From positions 1 to 25,849 of IMG/VR virus record IMGVR_UViG_3300023214_000280: 25,849 bases of DNA. One strand, given 5' to 3'. The position numbers were made by a program, and so were the translations under genes. Source of the DNA: a virus. Lineage: Duplodnaviria; Caudoviricetes. This document shows positions 7,744 through 16,201 of this stretch, in pieces (the first letter of the stretch is position 1; each line of letters begins with the position of its first letter). A model generated the notes under the pieces. It ran no database searches. It was given only the letters and a program-made list of their open reading frames with translations, and was not told the origin of the DNA.

Positions 7744-8085
7744 CTAAAGTTTGTCAATTTGATCGCTTGTTCTACGATCTAGACCGAAATGTGTCGCGAT
7801 CTTACTCACTAGCTCGAAAGCTCTATCTGCCTTGGCTTCTGTTTGATGCAGTCTCTTATTGTCAGTATCCATTTTGCGCCATATCGCCGCAGCCTGAGCT
7901 TCGAGCTTTGCTTCGTCGCGAGCTTTGTCGACAAGCACTAACTGTATTTGCCGATCCAACTTATCCAATCTAGATTCTATGCTTGAAAGGCGTCTATCGC
8001 TGGATTTCGCAAAACTGCGAAGCAAGACCCCAAGCAATAAAAGAAGGATCCCATTAGAAATTAAATCTTGCATCCAACTGGGCAT
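7744..8085 (-). CDS. N-terminal TM plus coiled-coil protein (holin/antiholin-like lysis accessory)
   Basis: GILLLLLGVLL TM followed by heptad repeats. First gene of the lysis cassette. Confidence 0.6.
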   Translation of the reverse strand: MPSWMQDLISNGILLLLLGVLLRSFAKSSDRRLSSIESRLDKLDRQIQLVLVDKARDEAKLEAQAAAIWRKMDTDNKRLHQTEAKADRAFELVSKIATHFGLDRRTSDQIDKL

Positions 8086-8088
8086 AGA

Positions 8089-10044
8089 TTAGTTAGTATC
8101 CACCGAATAAGTTATCGAAAAGAAACCGCCACTGTCTGTTTTAGCGGCGGCAGAACCAGCAAAATCGGTAAAATCAAAAGCTAAAGTTCCATCTGATTCG
8201 ACAATCACGCGGTTTAGAGTCCCGCTGTTACTATACAAATTGTCGATGTTATTGTCTGGTCTTGCCCAAGCGGGAATCAGACCGACTGCACTTTCAGGTG
8301 TCGCATTTGAAGAAAACGTAATCAGTTCATTTTGCGTGATTGTTACTTTGCTATCGTTTTTTTCGATAAATATAGATCCGGCGGTGAAATTATTTGATCC
8401 TGTCACATCTATATTTTCTTTGCGAGATTGGAGCAAAATAGCTTGCGGTAGCTGTTGATCGACAGGAAAGACCGTAAAGTAAACGCCAGCATCGCCAGAC
8501 GAGCCGTCTATATCGTTTTCCTCCGGGGCGGCGTCAATGTTTGAACTCTCAAGTAAGTCGATTCGGACTTCACCCGCAGAAACATTTTTAAAGACTTTAC
8601 AAAGTTGAACCACTTCTCGGCAATCAAGCCCAACGCAAGAAGTGGAATTTGTACCATACGAAACTGTGGCACTATGGCTTTTCTCTAAAATAGATGTTCC
8701 GTCGGCGTTCATTCTTCCAAGGTTAAAAATCTGCTGATAGTTTCCGGTCGAATCAGCGTCTCTGTGTTTATGGACAAAGTTCGCACAAGCCAAAACAGAA
8801 GACATTCTAGGTTGATTATATGTGATCCCGACAACCTCACTACCCGCACAAGTCGCTCCTGTGGCGACTGCGCCGTCGCAAGAAATCCTTGTGGAAGCGT
8901 TTTGAGAGTCATCAGTTGCAAGAGATAGGGTCGAGTCTATTATTTGGTTGTCTTCGCTCCCTGGCAAGTCGTCTGTTAAGCCCAAAGACGTATCAGCGCT
9001 GCCGACAATTTGAGCGCCCACAGACCACCCCAAAGTAGAGACGTTTTGAACGGTCTTTTGCGTACTCGGGACGTTTGCCGCATCGATTGCGTAAATGGCG
9101 TGTAACCGCATTGTGGCACTTGAGCCCAAAGCAAAGTCTGTTCGATCTGGCTTGGCGATTTCGAACTGTCCGGGGCACCCGGCATCGCCTTGATCATTTA
9201 TCTCGCCAAAGCAGTCGATAAAGTTTCCATTCCCATCTGTACACGCTGAAGTTGTGCCAGAAACGTCATGGTTTGGAGTGGTAAAAAATGTAGAAGGCGG
9301 AATAGGTACAGTACCACAGATTGCAGTGTCCGCCGTACCTCCTAAGGTAGCCTGAAACTCAAGGTCAATTTCGACGGCATTTGTACCAATGAGCCTATAT
9401 CGATAAACACGCCAATCTACAGAGCTAGCCGTCATGGTTCCGTTTGAAACAAGGTCAGAGTCGTCTAGGCCAGTGCTAAAATCGACCCACTCGCTTGTCG
9501 AAACAAGGTCTGTTAAATCTCCACCAACACCCAGGAGGGCTTGGTCAACGAAAAGCTCGGCAGCATCGGCAGTTGCTACAAATTTAAGGCCAAACGTCCC
9601 AGCCGCCGGACAAGTAAACGTGACAGAAGCTTTTGAATAGGTGTTAGCAACAGCAAGGGCAACTTTACTCAAGACATTCGCAGAGCCATCGACCACTTGC
9701 AGCTCTATATTGGCATCTCCACCCTTATAAACGACAGAACCAATGCAGGTTCTTCGATGCAAGCCACTCGGTATCGTTTGTAGATCGCTTGAAAGACTGT
9801 CGCCGTTTGAATTTGCGTCCCAAGCCGCGCTTCTTTTTCCAAAAGCTGCATTTGCACCAGATACAGCCGAGAAGGTTAAACCTCCTGAGTTTGTCCAACC
9901 CACGAGCCCGTTTTCAAAGCCAGGATTTTTTAAGGTGTTTATTTCTTGGCTCGAAGCCTCTTTGACATCCGAACCAAAGATAAACGCAAACGCTTGGAAG
10001 CTAATAAGAGAAAATAAAATTGAAGAAACTATGGTTTTTTTCAT
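8089..10044 (-). CDS. Fibre/adhesin-like protein with Sec signal peptide and CBM-like N-terminal domain
   Basis: MKKTIVSSILFSLISFQAFA signal, LKNPGFENGLVGWT carbohydrate-binding-like start, 12 Cys, and a C-terminal GLIPAWARP fibre-type motif. TAATG-coupled to the upstream tail gene. Confidence 0.7.
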   Translation of the reverse strand: MKKTIVSSILFSLISFQAFAFIFGSDVKEASSQEINTLKNPGFENGLVGWTNSGGLTFSAVSGANAAFGKRSAAWDANSNGDSLSSDLQTIPSGLHRRTCIGSVVYKGGDANIELQVVDGSANVLSKVALAVANTYSKASVTFTCPAAGTFGLKFVATADAAELFVDQALLGVGGDLTDLVSTSEWVDFSTGLDDSDLVSNGTMTASSVDWRVYRYRLIGTNAVEIDLEFQATLGGTADTAICGTVPIPPSTFFTTPNHDVSGTTSACTDGNGNFIDCFGEINDQGDAGCPGQFEIAKPDRTDFALGSSATMRLHAIYAIDAANVPSTQKTVQNVSTLGWSVGAQIVGSADTSLGLTDDLPGSEDNQIIDSTLSLATDDSQNASTRISCDGAVATGATCAGSEVVGITYNQPRMSSVLACANFVHKHRDADSTGNYQQIFNLGRMNADGTSILEKSHSATVSYGTNSTSCVGLDCREVVQLCKVFKNVSAGEVRIDLLESSNIDAAPEENDIDGSSGDAGVYFTVFPVDQQLPQAILLQSRKENIDVTGSNNFTAGSIFIEKNDSKVTITQNELITFSSNATPESAVGLIPAWARPDNNIDNLYSNSGTLNRVIVESDGTLAFDFTDFAGSAAAKTDSGGFFSITYSVDTN

Positions 10045-11264
10045 TAAAAAGATACCTCCGTGTAATTTGGAATAAAACGAATTCCTGCTGTGTCCGTATC
10101 AGATCCGTCGTCCACGTCCCGGGACAGTTCGATCTTTATAATATCGCCTGCCGAGGCGGCAACCCCGTTTATTTCTCCTGACGAATCAGTCAGATTAAAC
10201 TCAAGGACTTGTAGCAAGTTTGCAGGTGATGTAGCCGTCAAATTCGCCGAATCTGTTGCCTGATTGACCACAGAGTCTATTGCGTCGCTTGCCGCCCTAA
10301 CCAAAGTTGCCGTGGTGTCAAAAACACCAACATTCGAAGTCGACGGACTGTAAAAACCACCTTTTAATTTAATCTGTCTTCCCGGCACATACGAAGTAGG
10401 GATTTTCAGAAATAAGTGGGCTTTTTGTATCTCTCCACTAGTTCCTTTATCGTAAAGAAAGACGACTTCTGAGTTCTCTACTGACACCACAGGAGCAGGT
10501 GCTTCTTCAGCTCTCCAAGCAATCGATCCAGAACCGCCAGACGCACCACCAATCACAGAGTCCACACCCTGGTCATCTCTTAAAAACAAGTTTCCACTCG
10601 TATCTGACCAAAGCCGTCTTAAATTAGCAGACGGATTTTGAAGACTTCCCGCACCTGCTTGTTCTAAGACATCGACATAGCGCTTTCTAACTAAGTCTCT
10701 CGTGTCGGTGATTGCAGCCTGATTTGCAACACCAGAGACCGCAGTCACTAAAACCTCTGCGATTTTTAGTTCACCTGCCGGGGTAGAAGGTGCCACTGGC
10801 GAACCACTAGGCGTCCCAGTGACTTTACTCAATGTCGCAGACCAATCATCCTGTACGTCGATAGTGGTTATTAAAACCTGCCCGTCCACCGAACTTTTTA
10901 CATTGCGGCTGTCTGTTGTGGGTGTCGTCCTAGATGACTTAACCGTTATAATGTCTATCCTGTCATTGGAGCCATCCGGTGCGGCTAAAGCCACATTTTT
11001 AGATGCGTCGAGAGCAATAAGCCTTTGCTTTGAATCTGGGTCAACCTGAGAGGAATCTAGTTGCATACCCAATCCAGGCCGGACACTTACGTTTGTTCCG
11101 TCGACGAATTCCACGAAGAAAGCGTCATCAAAAAATCTGTCGCTTCCTTCATCCAACAGTTGCAAAAGGACTCTTTCGAGCATTTCTTTTTCTCTTAGTT
11201 TTTGAAGACGGTTAAAGTCGCCTTGTATTACTTCCTGACCGTCGTTAAAAATTGCTCTAGGCAT
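10044..11264 (-). CDS. Baseplate-proximal tail fibre/attachment protein
   Basis: APDGSNDRIDII...GTPSGSPVAPSTPAGELKIAEVLV...ITDTR pattern of phage tail-fibre N-terminal regions. Lies downstream of the J and I-like genes. No signal peptide. Confidence 0.7.
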   Translation of the reverse strand: MPRAIFNDGQEVIQGDFNRLQKLREKEMLERVLLQLLDEGSDRFFDDAFFVEFVDGTNVSVRPGLGMQLDSSQVDPDSKQRLIALDASKNVALAAPDGSNDRIDIITVKSSRTTPTTDSRNVKSSVDGQVLITTIDVQDDWSATLSKVTGTPSGSPVAPSTPAGELKIAEVLVTAVSGVANQAAITDTRDLVRKRYVDVLEQAGAGSLQNPSANLRRLWSDTSGNLFLRDDQGVDSVIGGASGGSGSIAWRAEEAPAPVVSVENSEVVFLYDKGTSGEIQKAHLFLKIPTSYVPGRQIKLKGGFYSPSTSNVGVFDTTATLVRAASDAIDSVVNQATDSANLTATSPANLLQVLEFNLTDSSGEINGVAASAGDIIKIELSRDVDDGSDTDTAGIRFIPNYTEVSF

Positions 11265-11287
11265 ATGATCCCCCTAAAATTAATAAA

Positions 11288-11458
11288 CTATTGTTGAACA
11301 CTGATCAGCCTCCACCGAGAAGAATCCGAATCGTAAATAAAAGTCGCTGCCCCGTCCCCCGTTATCGTAACATCCGCACCGGTCCCCGTGATAATCCGCC
11401 TATCGGCCTGTGCACCGGCATCCTCATTGGCAATCGTTAGATCCCCGCCTTCATTCAT
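11288..11458 (-). CDS. 56-aa ORF forming the C-terminal part of a fibre domain, out of frame with the upstream gene (not in ORF track)
   Basis: MNEGGDLTIANEDAGAQADRRIITGTGADVTITGDGAATFIYDSDSSRWRLISVQQ. ATG is in a TAATG overlap at 11458, and the same frame extends upstream as GGQQFVL. Confidence 0.7.
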   Translation of the reverse strand: MNEGGDLTIANEDAGAQADRRIITGTGADVTITGDGAATFIYDSDSSRWRLISVQQ

Positions 11459-12744
11459 TAAAACAAATTGTTGACCACCACATTGCCGGAATTGTCATTT
11501 AAAGACTGCAAGGTCTTAGCCGTTCCGCTCGTTAACTTTCGCACCCCTGGCCAAGGATTAAGAGGATTTAAATTGCCTGAGCTAGCATTCGTGCCAAACT
11601 CATAAGCAAGCATGGCGTTTATCTTATGCGCTCGCGATCCGGCTGCGACGCCAATCGTAGACTCTCCATTGCTATTGATGCCATACCAAACCTCGCCACC
11701 CGAAGTGCCGTCCCTGTTGGTTCCAATTTCAAAAACCGAAGAAGTATCATTGGCATTTGAATCAACATTTAAATAGAGGCCTCCGATAGCATTTAAAACC
11801 CCTGAGCTTGTTGGATAGTTTATTTTTACCCCATCTACATCGAAGCTAATTCTTGTGGCTGAAAAAGAATCCTTTAGATCTAACTGACTTCCAATAATCC
11901 TATGAGTCTGCGTGCTTCCGGGCGCACCTAAAACTAGAGCTTGATTTGGATGTAAAGATAGCCCAGTTACACCCGCTGTCATCAATTCTAATTGGTTACT
12001 AGAAGCTCTTTTTAACCCTGTGTCGCTATCTCCAACAAAAGCTAAACCTGGCTGTCCCCCCGTCCCTGTCGGGACTCTAAAATTTGCAGCGCCCGCTCCT
12101 GCGACAGAATCTCCGACCCAACTACCAACTTGGGACCCGTCTACGGTCACGTCTAAAACCCCTAAAGCATCCGAATAAAACCCTTTATCCGGATCTGCTA
12201 TAAACGAATATGCCGGGAGTGCAACGGTGCCGTTTGAGATCTTTATAACCCCGCCAGTCAATGTCAGATCGGCTTGCGTATCGCACCCATTTGAACAGAC
12301 CTCTTCGAGGTCGAATTCGTTAAAAGCTTCTGCTGTTAACTCGGTGCCCGCTTGCAATGTGACTTGGAAATCATCTCCCACAACAAAAGGAGTTCCTCCG
12401 TCGGATATTTGAACCGAGACAACAGGATTCCCGTTAGAATCCGCCACGTTTTGGATCGAGCCGCTTTTTATGGTGCCAAGAGACCCGCTTGTGCTACCCG
12501 TCACCGAGAAAGTCGCTACAGGCCCCGCCGTTGTCGCTGTAAAGGTAAGATTTTCGCTCTTGGCTGCAAAGCTTACAACGCTAATTGTGCATAGTCCGTT
12601 ACCTGTATTCGCCGGTGCAATGTCCGCACAGTTTCCGGCAGTCGGGTTTACAAACACGTCTTGGGCACATGAGTTTAATGTAAAGGCCCCAAACACGAGC
12701 AAAATAAATAAAAAGCTCGTTTGACTACAAATTCTTTGAAACAT
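11458..12744 (-). CDS. Tail-fibre-like protein with signal peptide/lipobox
   Basis: AGAGGAGAGGGG precedes ATG12744. MFQRICSQTSFLFILLVFGAFTLNS-C signal. Fibre shaft repeats GTVALPAYSFIADPDKGFY and GTGGQPGLAFVGDSDTGL. NTGNG...ISDGGTPFVVGDDFQV beta-domain. Confidence 0.7.
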   Translation of the reverse strand: MFQRICSQTSFLFILLVFGAFTLNSCAQDVFVNPTAGNCADIAPANTGNGLCTISVVSFAAKSENLTFTATTAGPVATFSVTGSTSGSLGTIKSGSIQNVADSNGNPVVSVQISDGGTPFVVGDDFQVTLQAGTELTAEAFNEFDLEEVCSNGCDTQADLTLTGGVIKISNGTVALPAYSFIADPDKGFYSDALGVLDVTVDGSQVGSWVGDSVAGAGAANFRVPTGTGGQPGLAFVGDSDTGLKRASSNQLELMTAGVTGLSLHPNQALVLGAPGSTQTHRIIGSQLDLKDSFSATRISFDVDGVKINYPTSSGVLNAIGGLYLNVDSNANDTSSVFEIGTNRDGTSGGEVWYGINSNGESTIGVAAGSRAHKINAMLAYEFGTNASSGNLNPLNPWPGVRKLTSGTAKTLQSLNDNSGNVVVNNLF

Positions 12745-13039
12745 CGATCCCCTCTCCTCTTTTAAAAGCTTCTCTCTCAAAGGGAATGCTAAGGTAAGCG
12801 CTCCTATGATTCCAGTATTTTAAAAACCCTCTGATATAATCTCTCAAATATTTGAAATAAAAGCCAATTAACCCATGCTGTTTGATTTGCTCAAGATGCA
12901 CCATTTCATGCCTTAAAGTGGCTTTGGTGACCGCAGACCTCGGATATTTGAAGAACACAAAACCAAGCAAAACAATGGCTTTATAATGTCGGAACGGCCA
13001 AAACTTGAAAATCATAGATTCGTAGTAAAGCCTTTTCAT
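12725..13039 (-). CDS. Small HExxH zinc-metallopeptidase-like protein
   Basis: LRHEMVHLEQ with downstream AYLSIPFEREAF supplying a candidate third ligand (Glu). Confidence 0.7.
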   Translation of the reverse strand: MKRLYYESMIFKFWPFRHYKAIVLLGFVFFKYPRSAVTKATLRHEMVHLEQIKQHGLIGFYFKYLRDYIRGFLKYWNHRSAYLSIPFEREAFKRGEGIDVSKNL

Positions 13040-13043
13040 CGAA

Positions 13044-13760
13044 TTAATTCGGCCCTAGCCGCCTTCCAGGCCCCATTTTCGCCCCTGGACCAACGCCAGA
13101 AAATCCGCCATCCCCGGAAAGTTCCTCCGTATCACCCGCAGTGATGACACGCTCAATCAAAATGAAACTCACACCTGCTGCTCTTACGTCTTGAATTGCT
13201 TGAAACACGAGTTCAAAAACGACCGGGTCAGAAATAGAGCCGCCGGGACTTAGAAACGCCTGCCTGCTGTAAAAAACCTCTCTTGAGAAAAACACGTCAA
13301 AAAGGGGCTCTTGGCGCGGCATAATCACATAAAAATGATTGTAGCCGTTTTCCATAAAGAGTTCCTGTCGAGAGAAAAAGGCTTGTCGACTGAAATAGGG
13401 CGAGTCTTCGATCTTCTCTAAAACAAGGGAGTTTGTACTCCCGATCAGAGAATCAACCAGCGCCTTTATGGCGACCTTGTTGGACTGATTAAAGATGTTT
13501 TGGACTCTTCTAGCAAAGTCGCTGTCGACCTCGTCTATTCTTTGGGTTTTGAGTCTTTCTCGCCCATGTTCTGTTAAAAACCGAGTTGAAGACTTAAGAA
13601 TAAAAGTTTCATTAAAGTAATCTTTTGAATCCTGGTCGATTGTCTCAAGGACTTTGGCCAGAGCTTGAAAATGAGCAACATTGGCGTCGGATTCCTCAAA
13701 AAACCATTGGGGCACCCATTGCTTGATCTTATCGAACCATTGTTGTTTGCTCAGAGCCAT
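13044..13760 (-). CDS. Baseplate wedge protein (P2 gpI-like position)
   Basis: Follows baseplate J. EVDSDFARRV and VRAAGVSF patterns. TAATG coupling. Confidence 0.65.
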   Translation of the reverse strand: MALSKQQWFDKIKQWVPQWFFEESDANVAHFQALAKVLETIDQDSKDYFNETFILKSSTRFLTEHGRERLKTQRIDEVDSDFARRVQNIFNQSNKVAIKALVDSLIGSTNSLVLEKIEDSPYFSRQAFFSRQELFMENGYNHFYVIMPRQEPLFDVFFSREVFYSRQAFLSPGGSISDPVVFELVFQAIQDVRAAGVSFILIERVITAGDTEELSGDGGFSGVGPGAKMGPGRRLGPN

Positions 13761-14947
13761 TAGCTAAGGCTCACCGTTCCAGGAACTAGTTTTTCATTAT
13801 CTGCGGCGTTTACGTCACCAACTGGCGTTGTGGTTGAAAAAGCCGTCAAGTCATCACTTCCGGCTGGCCCCCATATCGCTAAAATCGCAGCTTCCGCGGT
13901 CGATCTGACAAAATCCTTACCTATGGCTAAACCATTTAGATAGTCTTTCATCGAGTCAATGATCGCCGTTGAATCTGTGTTGAGTGTCGAGAAATTTGGT
14001 CCACCCGGGTTTAAAGTGATGCTAGCTGTCCAATTTAAAGAAAGAGCCTCAGCACCAGCGACCTTAATTAAAACACCGGCCGCTCTCACCGATTCTATGT
14101 CATCTTTTACAAGATCCACTAAGGCTTGAGAGGCCGTCCCATTAGCATCGGCAATGTAAAGCGTTGCCCTTGGAATTCTGAAAATCTCCGCTGCTGATAG
14201 CGGGCTTCCTGTAGTAGGATCGACTTCCCGCACGTTTTCGAACTTTTCTAGAATTGTGGCCATCTCGACGCCAGAAACCGTTTTGGCCTTGGCTTCAACC
14301 GCCCTTATCGTTGCACCAGGGAGCTGTTCAATAAGATTACGAATCGTCTGGCGATATTCTGGGTCTGTCTCTTGGGCTGCACCGCCAGAAAAAGCCGACG
14401 AATTATCCACGCTCAGACTCGGATCTCCAAGGGTACTTTGAATCACTGTAACTTTATTTGCGGCAACATTGCCTGCGGTTCCCGCTTCCACCGCTCGCAC
14501 CGAAGCATTTATGGTAGTAGTCGTTATTGTTACTTCTGAAATCGTCGCAAACTGTGTGCTCGTCCCGTTTGCATTGGTTGTCGTTCTAACGACTGTTCCA
14601 ACAGGGATGACGATATCTCCCGCCGACGTGTCTGGCCTCGAAAAGGTGACCACACCCACGGCCTTTTGTGGCCCTGGTCTCGCAAACGCACTTCCAAAAT
14701 GATCCGTTGCCAAAACCTCCAACTCGTCTTCGGCACCACTTTCTAAAGACCCTACAGCACTCCTAAAATAGGTCTTCCGAAACTGATCAATAATAAGTTT
14801 GACCGCTTCGCTTGTGGCAAAAGCCGTTACCTGTGCCAAATGATCGTTTATCGATCCCTCAGTGAAATCTGTGAGTTCCGGTTTTTGTGCTTGTGCTTCG
14901 TTTACATATAAATCGACTAGTTCTTGTGGTGATCTAACCCTCGTCAT
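13760..14947 (-). CDS. Baseplate J-like wedge protein
   Basis: LTDFTEGS, KAVGVVTFSR, IPVGTVV, AVEAGTAGNV and FSGGAAQETDPEYR motifs. Confidence 0.93.
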   Translation of the reverse strand: MTRVRSPQELVDLYVNEAQAQKPELTDFTEGSINDHLAQVTAFATSEAVKLIIDQFRKTYFRSAVGSLESGAEDELEVLATDHFGSAFARPGPQKAVGVVTFSRPDTSAGDIVIPVGTVVRTTTNANGTSTQFATISEVTITTTTINASVRAVEAGTAGNVAANKVTVIQSTLGDPSLSVDNSSAFSGGAAQETDPEYRQTIRNLIEQLPGATIRAVEAKAKTVSGVEMATILEKFENVREVDPTTGSPLSAAEIFRIPRATLYIADANGTASQALVDLVKDDIESVRAAGVLIKVAGAEALSLNWTASITLNPGGPNFSTLNTDSTAIIDSMKDYLNGLAIGKDFVRSTAEAAILAIWGPAGSDDLTAFSTTTPVGDVNAADNEKLVPGTVSLS

Positions 14948-15348
14948 GTCTGAATACCCCCTCCGAACGGCCTAAAAGAGACCCCAACCTCGTCAAAACC
15001 CAATATCTTTACTCTGACCGCAATGACAATCTGATCGGATGCCCTTGGGTCCATCTGGACAGAAACACTTTGCACACTCTCAACTCGATCATCTCGCAAT
15101 AAGTTTTCTTCGATCCTCTTTGCAAGATCTCTCCTATTGTCGACCGTGTTTAGAGCGTTTTGAAATCGTTTTATTCCGACCCCGTAATTTGGCCTTCCAA
15201 TAAGTGATCCCGGTTCGGTAACGATTCTATGCAAAATCGCTAATTTCATGTTTTCTCGACCGGATATCTCTTTTAAGTCGCCATTTTGGTCGGACAAGTC
15301 GCTTTTGTGTTCAATATCGGTTTTTAGTAATTCATCTATTTTAGGCAT
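14944..15348 (-). CDS. Baseplate gp25/gpW-like protein
   Basis: GDLKEISGRENMKLAILHRIVTEPGSL..RPNYGVG and IEENLLRDDRV. Confidence 0.9.
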   Translation of the reverse strand: MPKIDELLKTDIEHKSDLSDQNGDLKEISGRENMKLAILHRIVTEPGSLIGRPNYGVGIKRFQNALNTVDNRRDLAKRIEENLLRDDRVESVQSVSVQMDPRASDQIVIAVRVKILGFDEVGVSFRPFGGGIQT

Positions 15349-15578
15349 TATAAATCGTCCGTCGCTGTTAGAGTCGCTGTTGCTCCACCGGATGTTACAC
15401 CCGTAACCGAAGCGATTCCGTTTGCATTAATCCACTGAACAACAGCCTTTGCAATCGCTTGGGCGTGCAGATCGTGGGCTTGCTGAGCCGTAAGGCTGGG
15501 TTCTGTGCCTACCGTTCCGAATTCTGCTTCTAAGGTCGCTTTGATCGTTGTTTTTAAAGTGGAGCTTGTCAGTGGCAT
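15348..15578 (-). CDS. Small baseplate/spike-associated protein
   Basis: 76 aa between the spike and gp25 genes (AQAIAKAVVQWI...VTGVTSGG). TAATG coupling. Confidence 0.6.
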   Translation of the reverse strand: MPLTSSTLKTTIKATLEAEFGTVGTEPSLTAQQAHDLHAQAIAKAVVQWINANGIASVTGVTSGGATATLTATDDL

Positions 15579-15581
15579 TTT

Positions 15582-16199
15582 TTACTTCTCCGTAAAGCTA
15601 AGATCACTTAGCATGTCTTCATTATCAACTGGATCGGCCTTGATAGCGAGAAAGCTTGCACGATTGATGGGCTCGACGCTTAAATACCCTGGCGGCATAC
15701 AGATATGCCTATGATCGGCAGTTAGTTGTAGATCTTCGGAGTAAGCCGTTTTAAAAACCTGCCCCAAAACCACGTTTTCGCCTGGGTCGCCTTCATTTGA
15801 CGCCCTTTGTAGGCTTACTTTCGTGTCAGAAATTAACTTTGTTTTTTTCCCAGCCAGAGCCCTAATCACAGTAGAGCCGTCTTGAGCTTGGATTGGGATT
15901 TTGTCTTGCTTAGATGTCAGCCGCTTTAAGACAAAGGCGAAGTCTTGGTTTCCCTCGTGAAAACCGACAATGACAAGGTCGTCGACCACAGGAAAGCCAA
16001 ATATTCCAGCGTCGGGGCCGACTTGCTCCCAAGTCATTTCAGCAATGATTTCGATTTCGTCCGGCCATATCTCGCACTTAACCCGCATTCTTGACCGGTC
16101 GCTGACCAGCTCCGTTTCGGTGATCTTGGCTAGTGCAATGTGGAGTTTTTGGTCTTTGAACAACTCCCTCAAAAGCTCGATTTGTGCGGTTTTGGCCAT
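15582..16199 (-). CDS. Baseplate central spike (gpV-like)
   Basis: OB-fold-like N-terminus (GIFGFPVVDDLVIVGF) and a C-terminal HRH (HxH) motif. Follows the hub gene. Confidence 0.8.
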   Translation of the reverse strand: MAKTAQIELLRELFKDQKLHIALAKITETELVSDRSRMRVKCEIWPDEIEIIAEMTWEQVGPDAGIFGFPVVDDLVIVGFHEGNQDFAFVLKRLTSKQDKIPIQAQDGSTVIRALAGKKTKLISDTKVSLQRASNEGDPGENVVLGQVFKTAYSEDLQLTADHRHICMPPGYLSVEPINRASFLAIKADPVDNEDMLSDLSFTEK

Positions 16200-16201
16200 A
16201 A

